From NCBI RefSeq assembly GCF_009914755.1, contig NC_060936.1: 64,000 bases of DNA. One strand, given 5' to 3'. Shown piece by piece: positions 14,501 through 27,730 of this stretch. Each line of letters starts with the position of its first letter. The stretch's first letter is position 1. The notes beneath the pieces were generated by a model that saw nothing but the letters and a program-made list of their open reading frames with translations, was not told the DNA's origin and did not search any database. The position numbers were made by a program, and so were the translations under genes. Source of the stretch: the human T2T-CHM13v2.0 reference genome, Homo sapiens.

Positions 14501-15225
14501 CTGCCATTCATTTCTTGTGCCGATAATGGTTTTTTTCCTGGAATAGGAGCGATTGACATGACAAGAACTGAGATGGGGCAGTTCTGATACAACTGACAAA
14601 GAATTAGCAGTACAGAGCATGAGACCCTGCATAAAGACAAATGTGAGTGAAGACACCCTGTCAGACAAGTGAAAGTTTGGCAGCCCATTGAGCCTGGTGT
14701 GCTATCAAGAAAAGAGTAAAGAATGGAGAATTACTTGTGTGCACACATGCATGTATGTGCACAGGGAAGGAGGCTATTTGAGAGAAGTTCCCCAGCCAGG
14801 CTGCCCAACAGAGCTTTAGGAGGGCCAGTCATTGTTACCATCTTCCCTGTGGTCTGCTCTACTTCTATATTTCCTCTTCCCCCAACCCTTTGTAGAATTT
14901 ATTCAAAGCGTGTTAAATAGATCTCGGAATCGCTGAGCAAGCTAGCAAACCAGCCTCCCTAAGCAGGCAGCCTCAAATGATGGCTGGGCTGCCAGTGCTT
15001 AAACAGAACTGAAGTCAAGAGGCCTTGATTCCATTCTGGCTCTGTCAGTAGTGGGGAATGGCCTTAATTTCTCTCCAGTTCTATCATTCAGTGTTTGACC
15101 TTCTAAGTTCCCTGGGAGCATCACAATTCACTGTTTTCCCCTGTGTCTTAAAGTTGCAGACTGAGCCAGGTTGGCAGGCTCTTCAGCCACAATCAACCAA
15201 GGATGTGTACAGAGAGCTAGTCAAG

Positions 15226-15227
<2 letters not shown>

Positions 15228-15272
<45 letters not shown>
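15228..15272 (+). repeat. (GT)~22 microsatellite
   Basis: Directly visible. Confidence 0.97.
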
Positions 15273-15273
<1 letters not shown>

Positions 15274-16311
15274 ATGTATGAACAGGGTGGGGGTAGGGAA
15301 GAAAAGCTTAATATCCGTCTTTCATTCATATAGTACACAAACATTTATAGAACCCTATTGGGCATCAGACACTAAGCTGGACAGTGATATCTTAAAACAA
15401 AAGCTCTGTGAATATATTTTTTAAATATCCAGGAGTATAAGTTAGAGGAGCCCACAAGATTATGCACGTGAAAATGGGATAAGGATGTAGGTGAAGGAAC
15501 ATTACAACAGGTAGTGTGAAACGGGAAAGTTAACCCCAGAAAACAATCTGAAAATGTTGTGGTTTGAGGAGAAAGAGAGGGAAAAGGTCACCCTGGGCAT
15601 AATTTGGCTCCAAGATAAATTTTCCCTCTAGTAGAAGTTGGCTAAGAAAAAAGCAGCAGAGTCCTCACTCTTCCCCTAAAAATGGGCTGGGATCTTTACC
15701 CAAAGCACTATTATGCATTCGAACATTCTATTACTATATTTATATGGGAAAGAGAGAAAACAATTCACAGCCACCACCCGCCCCCACTCCAGTTCTTTTT
15801 CTTGCTGCTCTCCATTTGTCTTTGTTGCTGGCATATTATTTCACTAGAGAAGAATGTCCTATTTTAAGGGATAGAAGATGGTATGTGGGGTGGAGGTTAT
15901 ACTAATACATTTGACATGAAAAAAAGGAGACCACCTCTAACTTCTTCATGATAAAGGAAAACCAAGCCCACACTCCTGAAACTCACTGTCATCTCAACGT
16001 GATAGGGAGAACTTCAGGAGAGAAGGGAGCTCTTCAGAGGGTGGCTCAGCATATGCCAGGCTGGTGGGGATGCACAGCAATGCCTTGAACCCCCTAGGAT
16101 TTTGTTAGTGCCCTACACTCTCAGGAATTTCCTAGATCTCCTCTATGGCTAGATGCCTCCTTTTACTCAGAATGTGTTACCTACATCCAACTCCCCTTGG
16201 ATAATGCCAGTCCCAGATACCCTGTGTCATTGAATACACACTTATTGATTATCTTCTGTTCCAAGAAACTCCAAATGCTAAGAACTTAAAGATGAATAAA
16301 AATTTCCCTCT

Positions 16312-16727
16312 TGCTAGACTATTCATTTGCTAGGACAGCCGTAACAACACACTGTAGACTGTGTGACTTAGACAATAGAAATTTATTTCTCACAATTCTG
16401 CAGGGGAGAAGCCGAAGCGCAAGGTGTCAGCAGGTTTCGTCTCTTCTGAGGCCTCTCTCCTTGGCTTGCAGATGGCCTCCTTCTCGCTGTGTCCTCACGT
16501 GGCCTTTTTTCTCCATGTGCGTGCATCCGTCGTGTCTCTCTGTGAGTTCAAATTTCCTCTTCTTATAAAGACACTAATTAGACTGGATTAGGGACCATTC
16601 TAAGGGCTCATTTTAACTTAGTCACCTCTTTAAAGGCACTTTCTCCAAATGCAGTCACTTTCTGAACTACTATGGGTTAGGACTTCAACATATAAATTTG
16701 GGGGAGACACAGTTCAGCCCAGAACAG
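16312..16727 (-). mobile_element. MLT1A-like MaLR solo LTR
   Basis: GAAATTTATTTCTCACAATTCTG...TCTGAGGCCTCTCTCCTTGGCTTGCAGATGGCC...CAGTTCAGCCCAGAACA. Confidence 0.85.
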
Positions 16728-19049
16728 CAAGTCACCTCCCTTTACTGATGATAAAACAGGCATCTTAATCCAACTCACATGAAAACAAGCCTCAATTTGT
16801 TTAAAGGTCCAACAAGCTGAATCACAGTTGAAGCACTTTTGGTCACACTAGGTACTTCCTACAAGTCTGATGACTTGACCTTCTCTCAGGTGTATGGGGA
16901 AACCTCTACAATTTCAGGTTCTGTAGAGGTTTAACATGCAAAGATAATTCTAGGCAGAGGGAACAGATGAAGCAAAAGCACAGGCATGGGAAGATCCTAG
17001 TGAAAAAGTTGTGTGTAAGGTGTTGTCTTATGGGGGAGGGTTAGGAGAGGAGAGAAAAGGTGGGTTGGACCCGGAGTCTAAAAGGCTGGACATATGTGCT
17101 AAGGATCTGGATTTCATCCTACAGGCCTCCAGTGGCAAGTAGTCCTTTTTAAAGGCATATGATTGTAGGTGGCTGTGTGAAGAATGGACCAGAGAAGGCA
17201 GAGACTCGGGGATTCCACTTACGAAATGACTGCAGAGGTTTGGGGCATTGTGGAACAGTGAGGAAGCCACAGGGTCGGGGGTAGAGGTTGCCCTCACCGC
17301 AAAGGCTTGAGGCATCCCAAAAAGACTTCCAATGCCCTTTTAATCTCTCGGAACAGATAAATGCCAGTCAAGTCAGACTCAAGGGAAGGTCATTGGCCAG
17401 ACCCTTTCTGTGAATGCCAGCACAATGCCATTGGTTTCCCTTGTATTTGAACTGAAACCATACTGAGGGAAGAAAGGAATGACATCAGAAGCTGCCGGGA
17501 GATATGCAGGGAAACTTGGTGGCCATGTTAGCTGTTGGATAATTTAATTAATTCTTAGAAAACTGAGCTATAGCTTCTCTTTCTCATTACAGTATTCTTG
17601 GAAGAAAAACATGTGCCTTCTGCTAACTGTCTGGTGTGTCCAGTTCTGAATGTCAAGACCAAGTCCTGAAAATGGGTACTGGGGACGACTTAAGAGGTGA
17701 GTCAAGGTGGGTCTCACCCACTGGATCAGAGGGGGGCTTCTCCACCACTGGGAGCAAAAACCTGTCTTCTACAGATGGCAGAGCAGAGAATGTTCCCCTT
17801 TCAAGAAGGCCCACTTAACTTGATTTTTTTTCTTAAAGCTTTTCATTCCCTCACTCAGCATTTGTCAAGCACCTTGTATGTGTCAAGCTGATGATAGGCA
17901 TTGATGCTACACAGATGGTTATAACCTGGTCCAGCAAAATCTCTTGCTGTCTGGTAGGGACCAGGCAAATACAAATGGATGAGTTAAAGTCCTGCATAAT
18001 AGATACCTCATTGGAACTATGAACCAATGACTCCAGAGAAAGAGCCACACCTGACTGCCTGTCATCTTCTGACAGAGGATGTCATGTTGTATGCGGTGTG
18101 ATCATCTACCAAGATCCTAGGACCAATTATATGGCTCATTGACCTGCACGGGTACCTGGAACTTCAGCTCAAACATTTACGATAACCAAGCATCCAAAAG
18201 CTATGAAAACACAGAACTGGCAGCCAATCCATTAAATCACTCAAACATCTATTAACTAGCAATTGTATAAAATTTGCTGGATTTGAGCACTGTAAGGGTA
18301 TAGAAGGGCAAATGAAGATCAATAACAGGAGAGGAAAGAGAAGAGTAAAACAGTTAGCATCTGTTGATGGCCAGGCATCATATTAAGTATTTCATATATA
18401 TTATTTAATTCTGAAAGGATCTTTTTGTAAGTTAAGAAGCTGAGGTGACATGAGTTGCTCAAGTTCACACAGACAGCAAAGGGTGAGCCATTGCAATGCA
18501 AAGCCCATGTCCAATTCCTCACTCCTTGCTACTCTAGCAAGAGTTCTGGGGGTAAGTTTTGTAAGGAGAGAAAGAAAAGAGAGAAAATCCTTGACAGTAA
18601 GTGAAGCAAAAGCCTGGATATCTGAATGGGAGGAGACACCGTTGCAGAGCCCATCCGTCCTGATTTTCCCAGAGGCACGGGAGCAGAGCACGTCCCCACC
18701 GAACCTAAGCACGCGGAAAGATGCCCACAGATTGCTGCATTTGTATTTTTACTGAGCCAGCATTGAGGAATTCCACAGACACATATGTTGTGTACATACG
18801 TGGGCTATCACTTTTTAGGTGGATGTACGTGTTAGGATTATCGAAATAAGCATCCATTTAAAAGAATGATTTGAATTTGTACCTTTCTGTCATCATGAAA
18901 ATTCTGTTAATGGATGTAATAAAGTCAGTCACTATTCTGTGTAAAGCATGATGACATTTTTGGATCTTGGCATCAAATCAGGAAACTCATTTTAGAATAG
19001 GATATACAGGCCAAAAGACTACAGAAATCTTATGGTTTCCTCTGGCTAA

Positions 19050-19420
19050 TCTCTATCAAGTTCTTACAAAGTGCCAAGACACTATGGGAAGAACTTTGTA
19101 CATGATTTTACTTCAGCTTCACAGCAAACTCTAAAAGTAGGTAACATGGATCATCCCGATTTTACAGACGAGAAAATCAAAGATCGGAAAGATTAAGTGA
19201 CTAGATCAAGGCCAGCTGTTTCTATGCACTTTAACATATTAGCTCATTTAATACTCATAACACCTCTGTGAAGTAGGTACTATTATTGTAAGCATGCTCT
19301 GCATTTTACAGACAAGGAAACAGAAACACAGAGAAACCCAAGATCACCCAGCTGCTAAGGCCTTGAGCTGCTCTTTGTCCCTGTGCTGGATTTGACCCAC
19401 AGAGCCCAGCTCTTAACTAC
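19050..19420 (-). mobile_element. Two adjacent/nested MIRs
   Basis: TTTTACAGACGAGAAAATC and CATTTTACAGACAAGGAAACAGA reverse cores. Confidence 0.75.
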
Positions 19421-21489
19421 CAGCCTCTCTCATCTCTTTGATAAGCCGCAGTTCTCCCCTCCTTGATGCTACCTCAGAGAGATATATGACTTCCCTGCAG
19501 AATCCATCTTCATCCTGTGAGTGTAAAAAGACCCTTGAGCACGTCCCTTGGGTAATAAAGCAGCTAGCTTCCACAGCTTTTTTTCAGCTACCGCTAAAAT
19601 GCTTTTAAAGGAACTACTCAATAAATTGGGCTAATTTCAGTGGTGTTTATCATTCTAATGGGGTGGTGCTCTGGGTATAATTATGTACAAGATAAACTGT
19701 CCAGTAGAGAGAAAAAGAAACTCCTGCACTCACAGCCAAGACAGGGAGATGAAACTCTGCCCTGAGACTCATGGGGACCCTTTCATTCATTGGTTGTGAG
19801 AGACTGCAGGCTTTAAGGACCTCTGCCAATTCCATCTCTCCCTACCTCCAACACATCTGACCAGTGCAGTTCCCCGGGATTCACTTTCTCCAAATGGAAT
19901 CTAGATTTCTTCCAGTGCAGTCTCAGGTTTCATTTGCTTCTGCACAGAAGCCTCTCCGTCTTTGCCTTTGTCTGCATTCCACTGAACCTCTGCTCACTCC
20001 TGCAGAACTGCTCACTGTTAAGCCACATCGCTGCATCCTTAATCTGGCCGCATGGTCTTTTGAATCTAAACACAAGACTTGAAGTTTTTGTCTTTTTCTT
20101 TCATTTTTAATTTGATATTGCTAACTTTTACTCAGCTTTACAAATCTCCAACTTCCGAATGTTATTTCTATCATTTATTATATGAACAAATATTTCCAAG
20201 AATGGAGAAATCTACAAGTTTGGAAAGCATGAACTCTTGTCTTCTTCCAAGTCATTGATGAAAAGTGTGGAACGTGGATGCAGCTCTCTGTAAATTTCCC
20301 TTGTGACCTGACTACAGGTTGACTTCAACCTACTGAGACAGTCAAATTCCCTATTGGCCAGTCCAGCTTCTGTGACATGTTTTCAGTGAATGCTTCCCAG
20401 ACCCTAGAGACCGTCACTTTCCAGTCTAAAAATTCAGAGTCACCAATTCAATGATCTATTCTAAAATATAGACATAAATTAGTAGTGTTTGTAACTTTTT
20501 CTCATTATAAATGGCCTCAGCATATTTAAATATTTTATAGATACTAGATATTCTAATATTCAAATGCTTTATAATATTCTAGAATATTAAATAATATTTA
20601 ATATTGAATTCTAGAATATTCCATTTAATCTATAGTATCCCAAAGTCATCTTTCTCTCCTGTTTTGGAAACTAAAACATTTGGCCATATCCAATATTTAA
20701 TCCATTTTTCATGATATTTCAAAGATTATAAACAATTGTCTAAGATCATAAATGATAATTCACTTAGTGGTTCAGTAGAGCCAGGAGGTTTGAATTTAGA
20801 AAGTGCCTCGTGTCCTCTTGACTCCGCCTATTCTCCCATGGAGGCCACAAGTAGAAAAATTTGGAATCTATTTATTGCACCATAGACACACCCGTGAAAA
20901 CCCCCCTCACTATCTGTTTGTCAAGAGATCAGAAAGTTCTAGTTATTCACTCAAGATCACAGGACAAAGAACAGGAAAGATGTCTCCTGAGGTCAGCTGG
21001 CAATATCATGTAGTCACGGCATGTCTCCAACACATTCTTCATCTCAGAACCTGAAACCGACTGGCAAATGAAAAAGGACTGTAAGATTTTAGAACCTGAA
21101 GGAATTCAGAGATTATCTAGATAGCACCTTCATCTTGCTGATAAAAAAATGAATCTCACACAAGGAAAGTGGCTTAATGAGTATTACATGTTGTATCCAT
21201 GATGGAGACAATTTTAAAACCTCTGTCTTCTGACCCTAGTCCTGGGCTCTTTCCATTTTACTGGATTACTTGTCTAAACCCTGAATGGCATATCAGATGA
21301 AACAGTTATCAATGGTGCAACGGATTTGGGCTAAACAATAACACAATTTTGAACAATTTTCTTCAAGAGCACTATTTAAGTAAGGAACCAGAAATAGAAG
21401 AAAACACAATTCTCATAGATATTGCTTAGAACGGTCCCTATACCCTCCTCTCTGACATTCCCTTCACCCATCCTAGTTCTTCAACATAG

Positions 21490-22400
21490 TAATAACTGCA
21501 ATTCGTGAAGCACTCATTTTATGGCAGGTGCTGTTTCAAAGTACTTTAACATACTAATTCATTCAATACTCACAAAACCTTATAAAACAGGTACTAGTAT
21601 TATCACTGTCATATTTATTTTATAGATGTGTAAACAGAGTCACAGAAGAGTTCAGTAATTCCTCTAAATTTGTATAGCTGCTAAAGTGATTTGAACCCAA
21701 AGTAGCACTCCAGAATTTGTGTTCTTCACTGTTAGGCAAAACTCTCTCTCCTGCTCACATATGGCTCTTGGGGGACATCATCCAGACAGGCATCTCTAAT
21801 CAGGATAACCACCTCTTTACAACAGCCTGTACCTTCCTTTCCTGCCCTAGTCAATCTGATAAACTGATATGTGTTAATGAGCACAAATGAGCTACCCGTA
21901 TGAGTTGATATCTTTTTATCAGGGGACTTCTGGAGACAATGCCTTTGCATGAACTTAATTCAACAAACATTTTTCAACTACAGGCTCCATAAAGGATATA
22001 TTAAAGATGTTCTCAAGAAAGTCAACTTTGCCCTTCCCATCACATGATGATATCATCTGCCTGGTGTGTGGTGAATAATTAATTACACTGTGCCTGAGAC
22101 ACACAATATACCTTGAGGTCACCTCTTCCCTCCTAATCCTTCAGCTGAAGCAATTAAATATTAAGACATTGCAGAGCTCATAGCTTTGTGGTGCCCACAT
22201 TGCAGGCACACTACCAAGGGCCTCACAACTTTTATCCTATTTAATCATCACAGCAATTTATTTTACAGATGAGGAAACATCGGCTCAGAGAAGCAATTAC
22301 ATGCTATTAAAGATCTTGCCCAAGATCTCCAGCTGGAAACTGGCTTAAAAATGTTAAGATTCAACACAAGTTTGTTTGGTTCTATAGCCGTTGTTTTCCT
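21490..22400 (-). mobile_element. MIR fragments (21490-21730 and 22200-22400)
   Basis: TTTTATAGATGTGTAAACAGAG and TTTTACAGATGAGGAAAC reverse cores. Confidence 0.7.
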
Positions 22401-22767
22401 TTTTTTTCCTCTTTTTTTTTTTTTAAATCATCCTATGTTCTCTCACATCTATTAGCCCATTTCAGGATAGAGGTCATCCAAGAGGGAGTGTGGGAGGTAT
22501 TTTGTGGGAGCAGGATGGGGTTATACGCTAAAGTCACCAAGCTTTATTGGAAATCAACTGGAATGAAGGCTAGATTTAGAGATGGGAGACATGTAACATT
22601 ATTTGAAACTTCTCCTGCTTGTGAAGTTAGAGGGTTTGGATAAGATGCTTTCTAAACTGTGATATGGCCCTAAGGGCAACATGTGAGGAGCAGGAGATAA
22701 CTAGAGTCAGGACAGGCTCTCTTTGTCCCCAGCCTAACTGGACACCAAAAAGATGCAGAAAAAAACA

Positions 22768-22979
22768 TGGGCTATGTAGAACATAAGTTGCTAGAAGGTC
22801 AATATTTCCCAAATGTTTGATTTTTGCAAACCACTTAGTGATTTTCCCAAATATGCATATCTCTGGGAAAATAGGCATCTTTCTGGGCTATGCAGAGCAT
22901 AACTTGCTAGAAGTCCGATATTTCCCAAACTTATGTCCTTTGCAAACCACATAGTGGTTTTCCCAGATATACATATCTC
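22768..22979 (+). repeat. Tandem duplication, 96-bp unit, 116-bp period
   Basis: 22768-22863 vs 22884-22979 align without gaps, 80/96 identical by hand count. Confidence 0.9.
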
Positions 22980-23269
22980 CTGTTTTACTTAATTAAAGGA
23001 ACATTTTCTTTTATTAACAAATTATTGAAGTCTAATAGTCATGCAGAGAGGTACCCCAATCACAAATGTATTACTTGGTAAATCTTCAAAAAGTAAACAT
23101 TCCTATGTAACTATCACCCAGATCAAGAAATGAGTACCAGTACCTGAGAAGTCCTTATTCTACCTCCCTCTAAACACCTCTTTTCTCCTCTTCAAAGGTA
23201 ATCACTGTCATAACTTCAAAAACCACAGACTAGTTTGGCTTCTTATAGAAATTTATTAAAAATGAAATT

Positions 23270-23446
23270 GTATATATGTATATCTTTGCATGCATATATA
23301 TATATACACACATACTTGTATGTATACATATTTCTGTTTTTAATATGTGTATATATGCATGTGTGTATATGTACATGTATATATGTGTGTTTGTATATAC
23401 ACACACATATATACACACACACATAGATATGTATTATATATAATAT
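23270..23446. repeat. (TA/TG/CA)n low-complexity tract at an Alu tail
   Basis: Directly visible alternating purine-pyrimidine sequence. Confidence 0.9.
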
Positions 23447-23592
23447 AGGGTCTCACTATGTGGTGCAGGCTGGAGTGCAGTGGCCACCGTAATCATAGTG
23501 CACTGTAGCCTCAAAGCCCTGGCCTCAAATGATCACCCTACCTCAGCTTCCTGAGTAGCTAGGACTACAGGCATGTGCCACCACACCTGGCT
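23447..23592 (-). mobile_element. Alu monomer (FRAM/AluJ right arm) within L1
   Basis: GGGTCTCACTATG...CAGGCTGGAGTGCAGTGG...CCACACCTGGCT. Confidence 0.8.
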
Positions 23593-25285
23593 TTTTGAAG
23601 TTAGATATTATGTAATCTTTTGTGCCTGGGTTTTCTGTTTCAACATATTGGTAGTCGGATTTATCTAAGTTTGTGGCATGCAGCAGTAATTCATTAACTC
23701 ATTTGCTGTAGAGTATTCCATTGTATGAATACACTGCAATGTATTCATTCATTCTACAGTTGAGAGCATTTAGATTGCTTCCAAAATACTGCTACTACAA
23801 ACATTTTTTGCATATTTTTTGTGTGGAAGTATACCATATTTCTGTTGAGAATATATTTTGGAAGGGATTGCTGTGTCGAAGATAAGTGTATGTTCAGCTT
23901 TAATAAATACTGATAAAATAGTTTTCTAAAATGCTGTGCCAATTTATATTCACACCAGTAGTGCATGACAGTTCCAGTTGCTCTACATCTTTATCAACAC
24001 TTGCTATTGTCAGTCTTTTTATTTTTAGCCATTCTGATTTGGGTGCAAGTGTATTGCATTGTAGTTTTAATTTGCATTCCCATTTTGGCTATTGAGGTAG
24101 AGCAGCTTTATATTTAGATAATTCTATTTAGTGAAGTGCTGGTTCAAGTCTTTTGCCCACCCCCTTTTTTTTTGCTGGATCATCTTACTTTTTTCTGATT
24201 TATTTGTAGTAGTTATTTATATGCTCTGGACACAAGCCCTTGGTTTATAACATGTATTGCAAATAGCTTCTCTCACTTTGGGAATTACTCTTTCACTTTC
24301 TTAATGGTAGGTACCTTTATATAAACATTTTTAAGTTAATACAGTCCAGTTTGTCAATCTTTTTATGTTTAGTGCTTTCCTTTTATCCTAAGAAATATTC
24401 TCTTATCTCAGGGTCATAAGTAAATTTTCCCAATATGTTATATATGCTTTATTATTTTACCTCTTACATTTAGGTTTACCATTCACCTGTAGTTAGTTTC
24501 TGTATATAGGGTGAGGTAGGAGCAAGATTCATATTTTTTCACGTGGGATATATACTTTACTCAACCCAATTTAGTTTAAAAATGTATCCTTTCTCCTTTC
24601 TCTGCAGAGTCGTAAGTGCCCACATACTATGTGTTTGCTCTGGATTCCTTACACTGGTCCATTAGTCTATTAGCCTATTCTTGTGCAAATGCCACAGTCT
24701 CAATCAATGTAGCTTCATATTGATTCAGAATATCGGGTAGTGAAAGTCACATAACTTTGCTATTTTACAAAATCGACTTGGCTTAACTTGGTGGTTTTCA
24801 GAATAAATTTAATAGTATAAATTTTAGAATCGGCTCATCAATTTCATACCTCAATGCACATACACATACAAAAACCTTCCTGTGATTTTTGTTTGGCATT
24901 GTAATGAATGCATAAATCAGTTTGGGAAGAACTGACGTATTTAAGATATTGAGTCTTCCAATTTATGAACATGTTGTATCTCTTATTTATCTTCTTTGAT
25001 TTCTTTAAATAATACTTTGTACTCTTCCAGGTAGAGGTGCTGTACTTCCTTTATTAAAATTATTCTTAGATACAAAATGTTTTTATTCTGTTGAAATGGC
25101 ATATTTTTAGATTTAATTTTCTAATCATTTGCTGCTAATAAATAAAGCTGATTTTTGTGTGATTACTTTGTATGCAGTGATCTTACTAAATTCACTCTCT
25201 AAATACATTATCAGGAGATTCTTTTGACAGCTTTATATCCATGAATAATGGCAAGATTATTTCTTCCTTTTCAACCAATTTATCA

Positions 25286-25352
25286 TATAGGTTGGTGCAA
25301 AAGTAATTGCGGGTTTTGCCATTATTTTTAATTACTTTTGCACCAACTAATA
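25286..25352. mobile_element. MADE1 (Hsmar1 mariner MITE), internally deleted
   Basis: TAGGTTGGTGCAAAAGTAATTGCGG...AATTACTTTTGCACCAACTAATA inverted termini with TA flanks. Confidence 0.92.
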
Positions 25353-25500
25353 TTTCATTTATTTTGCCTTTTCATCCTGACTAGGATCTCTAGGTTAGCC
25401 GATGTCCTTGTCTTGTTACCATTCTCAAGACAAAAGCTCCCAATACTTCATCTTTAAGTAAGATGTTTGCTGTAGGTTTGTAGGTGTTGTGTGGGAGGTG

Positions 25501-25503
<3 letters not shown>

Positions 25504-25541
<38 letters not shown>
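25504..25541 (+). repeat. (TG)~19 microsatellite
   Basis: Directly visible. Confidence 0.97.
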
Positions 25542-25543
<2 letters not shown>

Positions 25544-26431
25544 TAGATACACTTTATCAGACTTGGGGGACTTTTTTCTGTTTTTAATTTGCTGAGTTTG
25601 CTAGTTTTATCATGAATGAGAATTGAATTTCACCAAATAATTTTTCTGCATCTATTAAGATGATCATATGCTTGCTTTCTTTTGTGCTCTTCATGTGCTG
25701 AATTAAACTGATTTTTTCAATGTTCAATCAATCATGCATTTCTGGAATAAACACAAATTGAACGTTATTTTATTCTTTCTTGTGTCTCGGATTTTGCCTA
25801 CTAATAATGAAAAATTTTGCAACTACATTTATAAGAGAGACTGGTATGTAATTTTCTCTTCTTGTATTTTTTACAGGTTTTAGCTTCATAAATAATTTGG
25901 AATGTATTCCCTCATTTTATTCCCTAATAGACTGTGTGTAAGGCTGATGTTATTTCTTCATTAAATACTTATAAGAATTCATTGGGGAAGTTATCTAGGC
26001 TAGGGAATTTATTTCAAGAGGATTTTAATTACAGACTCAATTTCCTTAAAAGTAATTTATGTCATTTTTAAGAATTAATGGTTGTTTTCTAGGAATTTGT
26101 ACACTTTATACACATTTTTAAATATGATATAATTTTGTTCCCAGTATCCTTTTATATATCCTTATTTAAAGTCTTTAGGATCTGTGATTCCCCTTTTTTT
26201 ATTCCTGATATTGTTAATTTGTGCCTTCTATATTTTTATTGATTAGCATTGCCAAGATCAATTATGTTTAATATCAATTATATTAGTCATTTATAAAGAC
26301 ATCTGAAAAATGTTAAAATTTGTGAATTCCTCTATGCTGTTTGTTTTCTCTTTCATTAATTTCTGCTCTTCTGTGCAGTGTTTTCTTACTGTTGTTTTCT
26401 TTGCATTCAATAAGTTCTTTATTTGCTAAAT

Positions 26432-26582
26432 TTTTTGTGTGTGATGAGGACAGACTCTTGCTCTATTGCCCAGACTGGAATGCTGTGACATGATCATCAC
26501 TCACTGCAACCTTGAACTCCTGAGTCCAAGCAATCCTCCCACCTCAGCCTCCCAAAGTGCTAGGATTACACTGTGCCTGGCC
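26432..26582 (-). mobile_element. Alu monomer (FAM/FRAM-like) within L1
   Basis: CCCAGACTGGAATGC...CCTCAGCCTCCCAAAGTGCTAGGATTACA. Confidence 0.8.
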
Positions 26583-26964
26583 AATTTGCTAACTTTTTGA
26601 GATGGTATTTAGTTAAATAATTTTTAGCTTTTATTTTTTTCTAATATATACATTCAAGGACATACCATTTTCTTTAATCATGGTTTTAGTTGTATATCAC
26701 AAGTTTTTTTATATCATATTTCATTATCACCCAGTATGAAATGTTATTTACCTTGTAATTCTTTAACTTATGCATTATATAAAAATGTATTGCTTAATAT
26801 CCAAACACTTAGGAATTTGATTGCTTAGTTTAACTCAACTGTAGTCAAATTAAATATTTTATATGATTTTAAACTGTAGAAAAGTTTTGATGCTTGCTTT
26901 ATGAACCAGTCTGCGGTCAGTTCTATTAATTGTCACTTGTGCACTTGAAAATGATTGTGAGATT

Positions 26965-27730
26965 CTATATTAGTCAGCTTGGGCTGCCATAACAAAGTAC
27001 CATAGACTGGGTGGCTTAAGAAACAGAAATTTATTTTCTCACAGTTCTGGAGACTCAAAGTCTCAGATCAGGGTGCCAGCATGGTCAGGTTTTGGGGAGA
27101 GTGTTCTTGTTTGCTCACATAGCCGAGAGACAGAGCGAGAGTGAGACAGCAAGAGAGAGCGAGAGTGAGAGAGCGAGCAAGAGAGAGAGGAGTGCGAGGT
27201 CTCTGTTGTCTCTTCTTACAAGGGCACTAATACCGTTCCAAGGGCCCCCCCTCATAAGGTCATCTAAACATAATGTCTCCATCAGTCCACTTTTTGCTGC
27301 TAGAACAAAATATCACAGACTTGGTAATTTATGTAGACAAGAAGTTAATTTGGTTTATGATTCTGGAAGCTTGGAAATCCAAGAGCAGGCACCAGTATCT
27401 GGTGAGGATCATTCCATGGCAGAAAAGCAACACCTAGCAAGCAAGCCTAAGTTATCTTTTCATCAGAAATCCATTCCTGTGATAACTATTTCACTCCCAG
27501 GATAACAGCATTAATCCATCCCTGAGGGAGGAGCTCTCATGAGCTATTCACCTTTTAATGGATCCACTTCCCAATACTATTACAATGGCAATTAAATATC
27601 AACGTGAGTTTTGGTGGGAAAATTCAAACCATAGCCCCTAATTAACTCCCAAAGGCCTCATCTCCAAGTACCATCACATTGGGTGTTAGGAATTCAACAT
27701 ATGAATTTGAGGGCACCTTAGGTTAGTCCA
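26965..27730 (-). mobile_element. MaLR LTR (MSTC/D or MLT1A-like) with a nested MST-type LTR at about 27272-27635
   Basis: The outer LTR (TTAGTCAGCTTGGGCTGCCATAACAAAGTACCATAGACTGGGTGGCTTA) is split. The inner LTR ends ATTCAAACCATAGC and is flanked by CATAA/CCTAA. Confidence 0.8.

Noticed and set aside
27092-27505. 137-aa ORF
   Set aside because: Spans two nested MaLR LTRs and a GA-rich tract; no coding signature.
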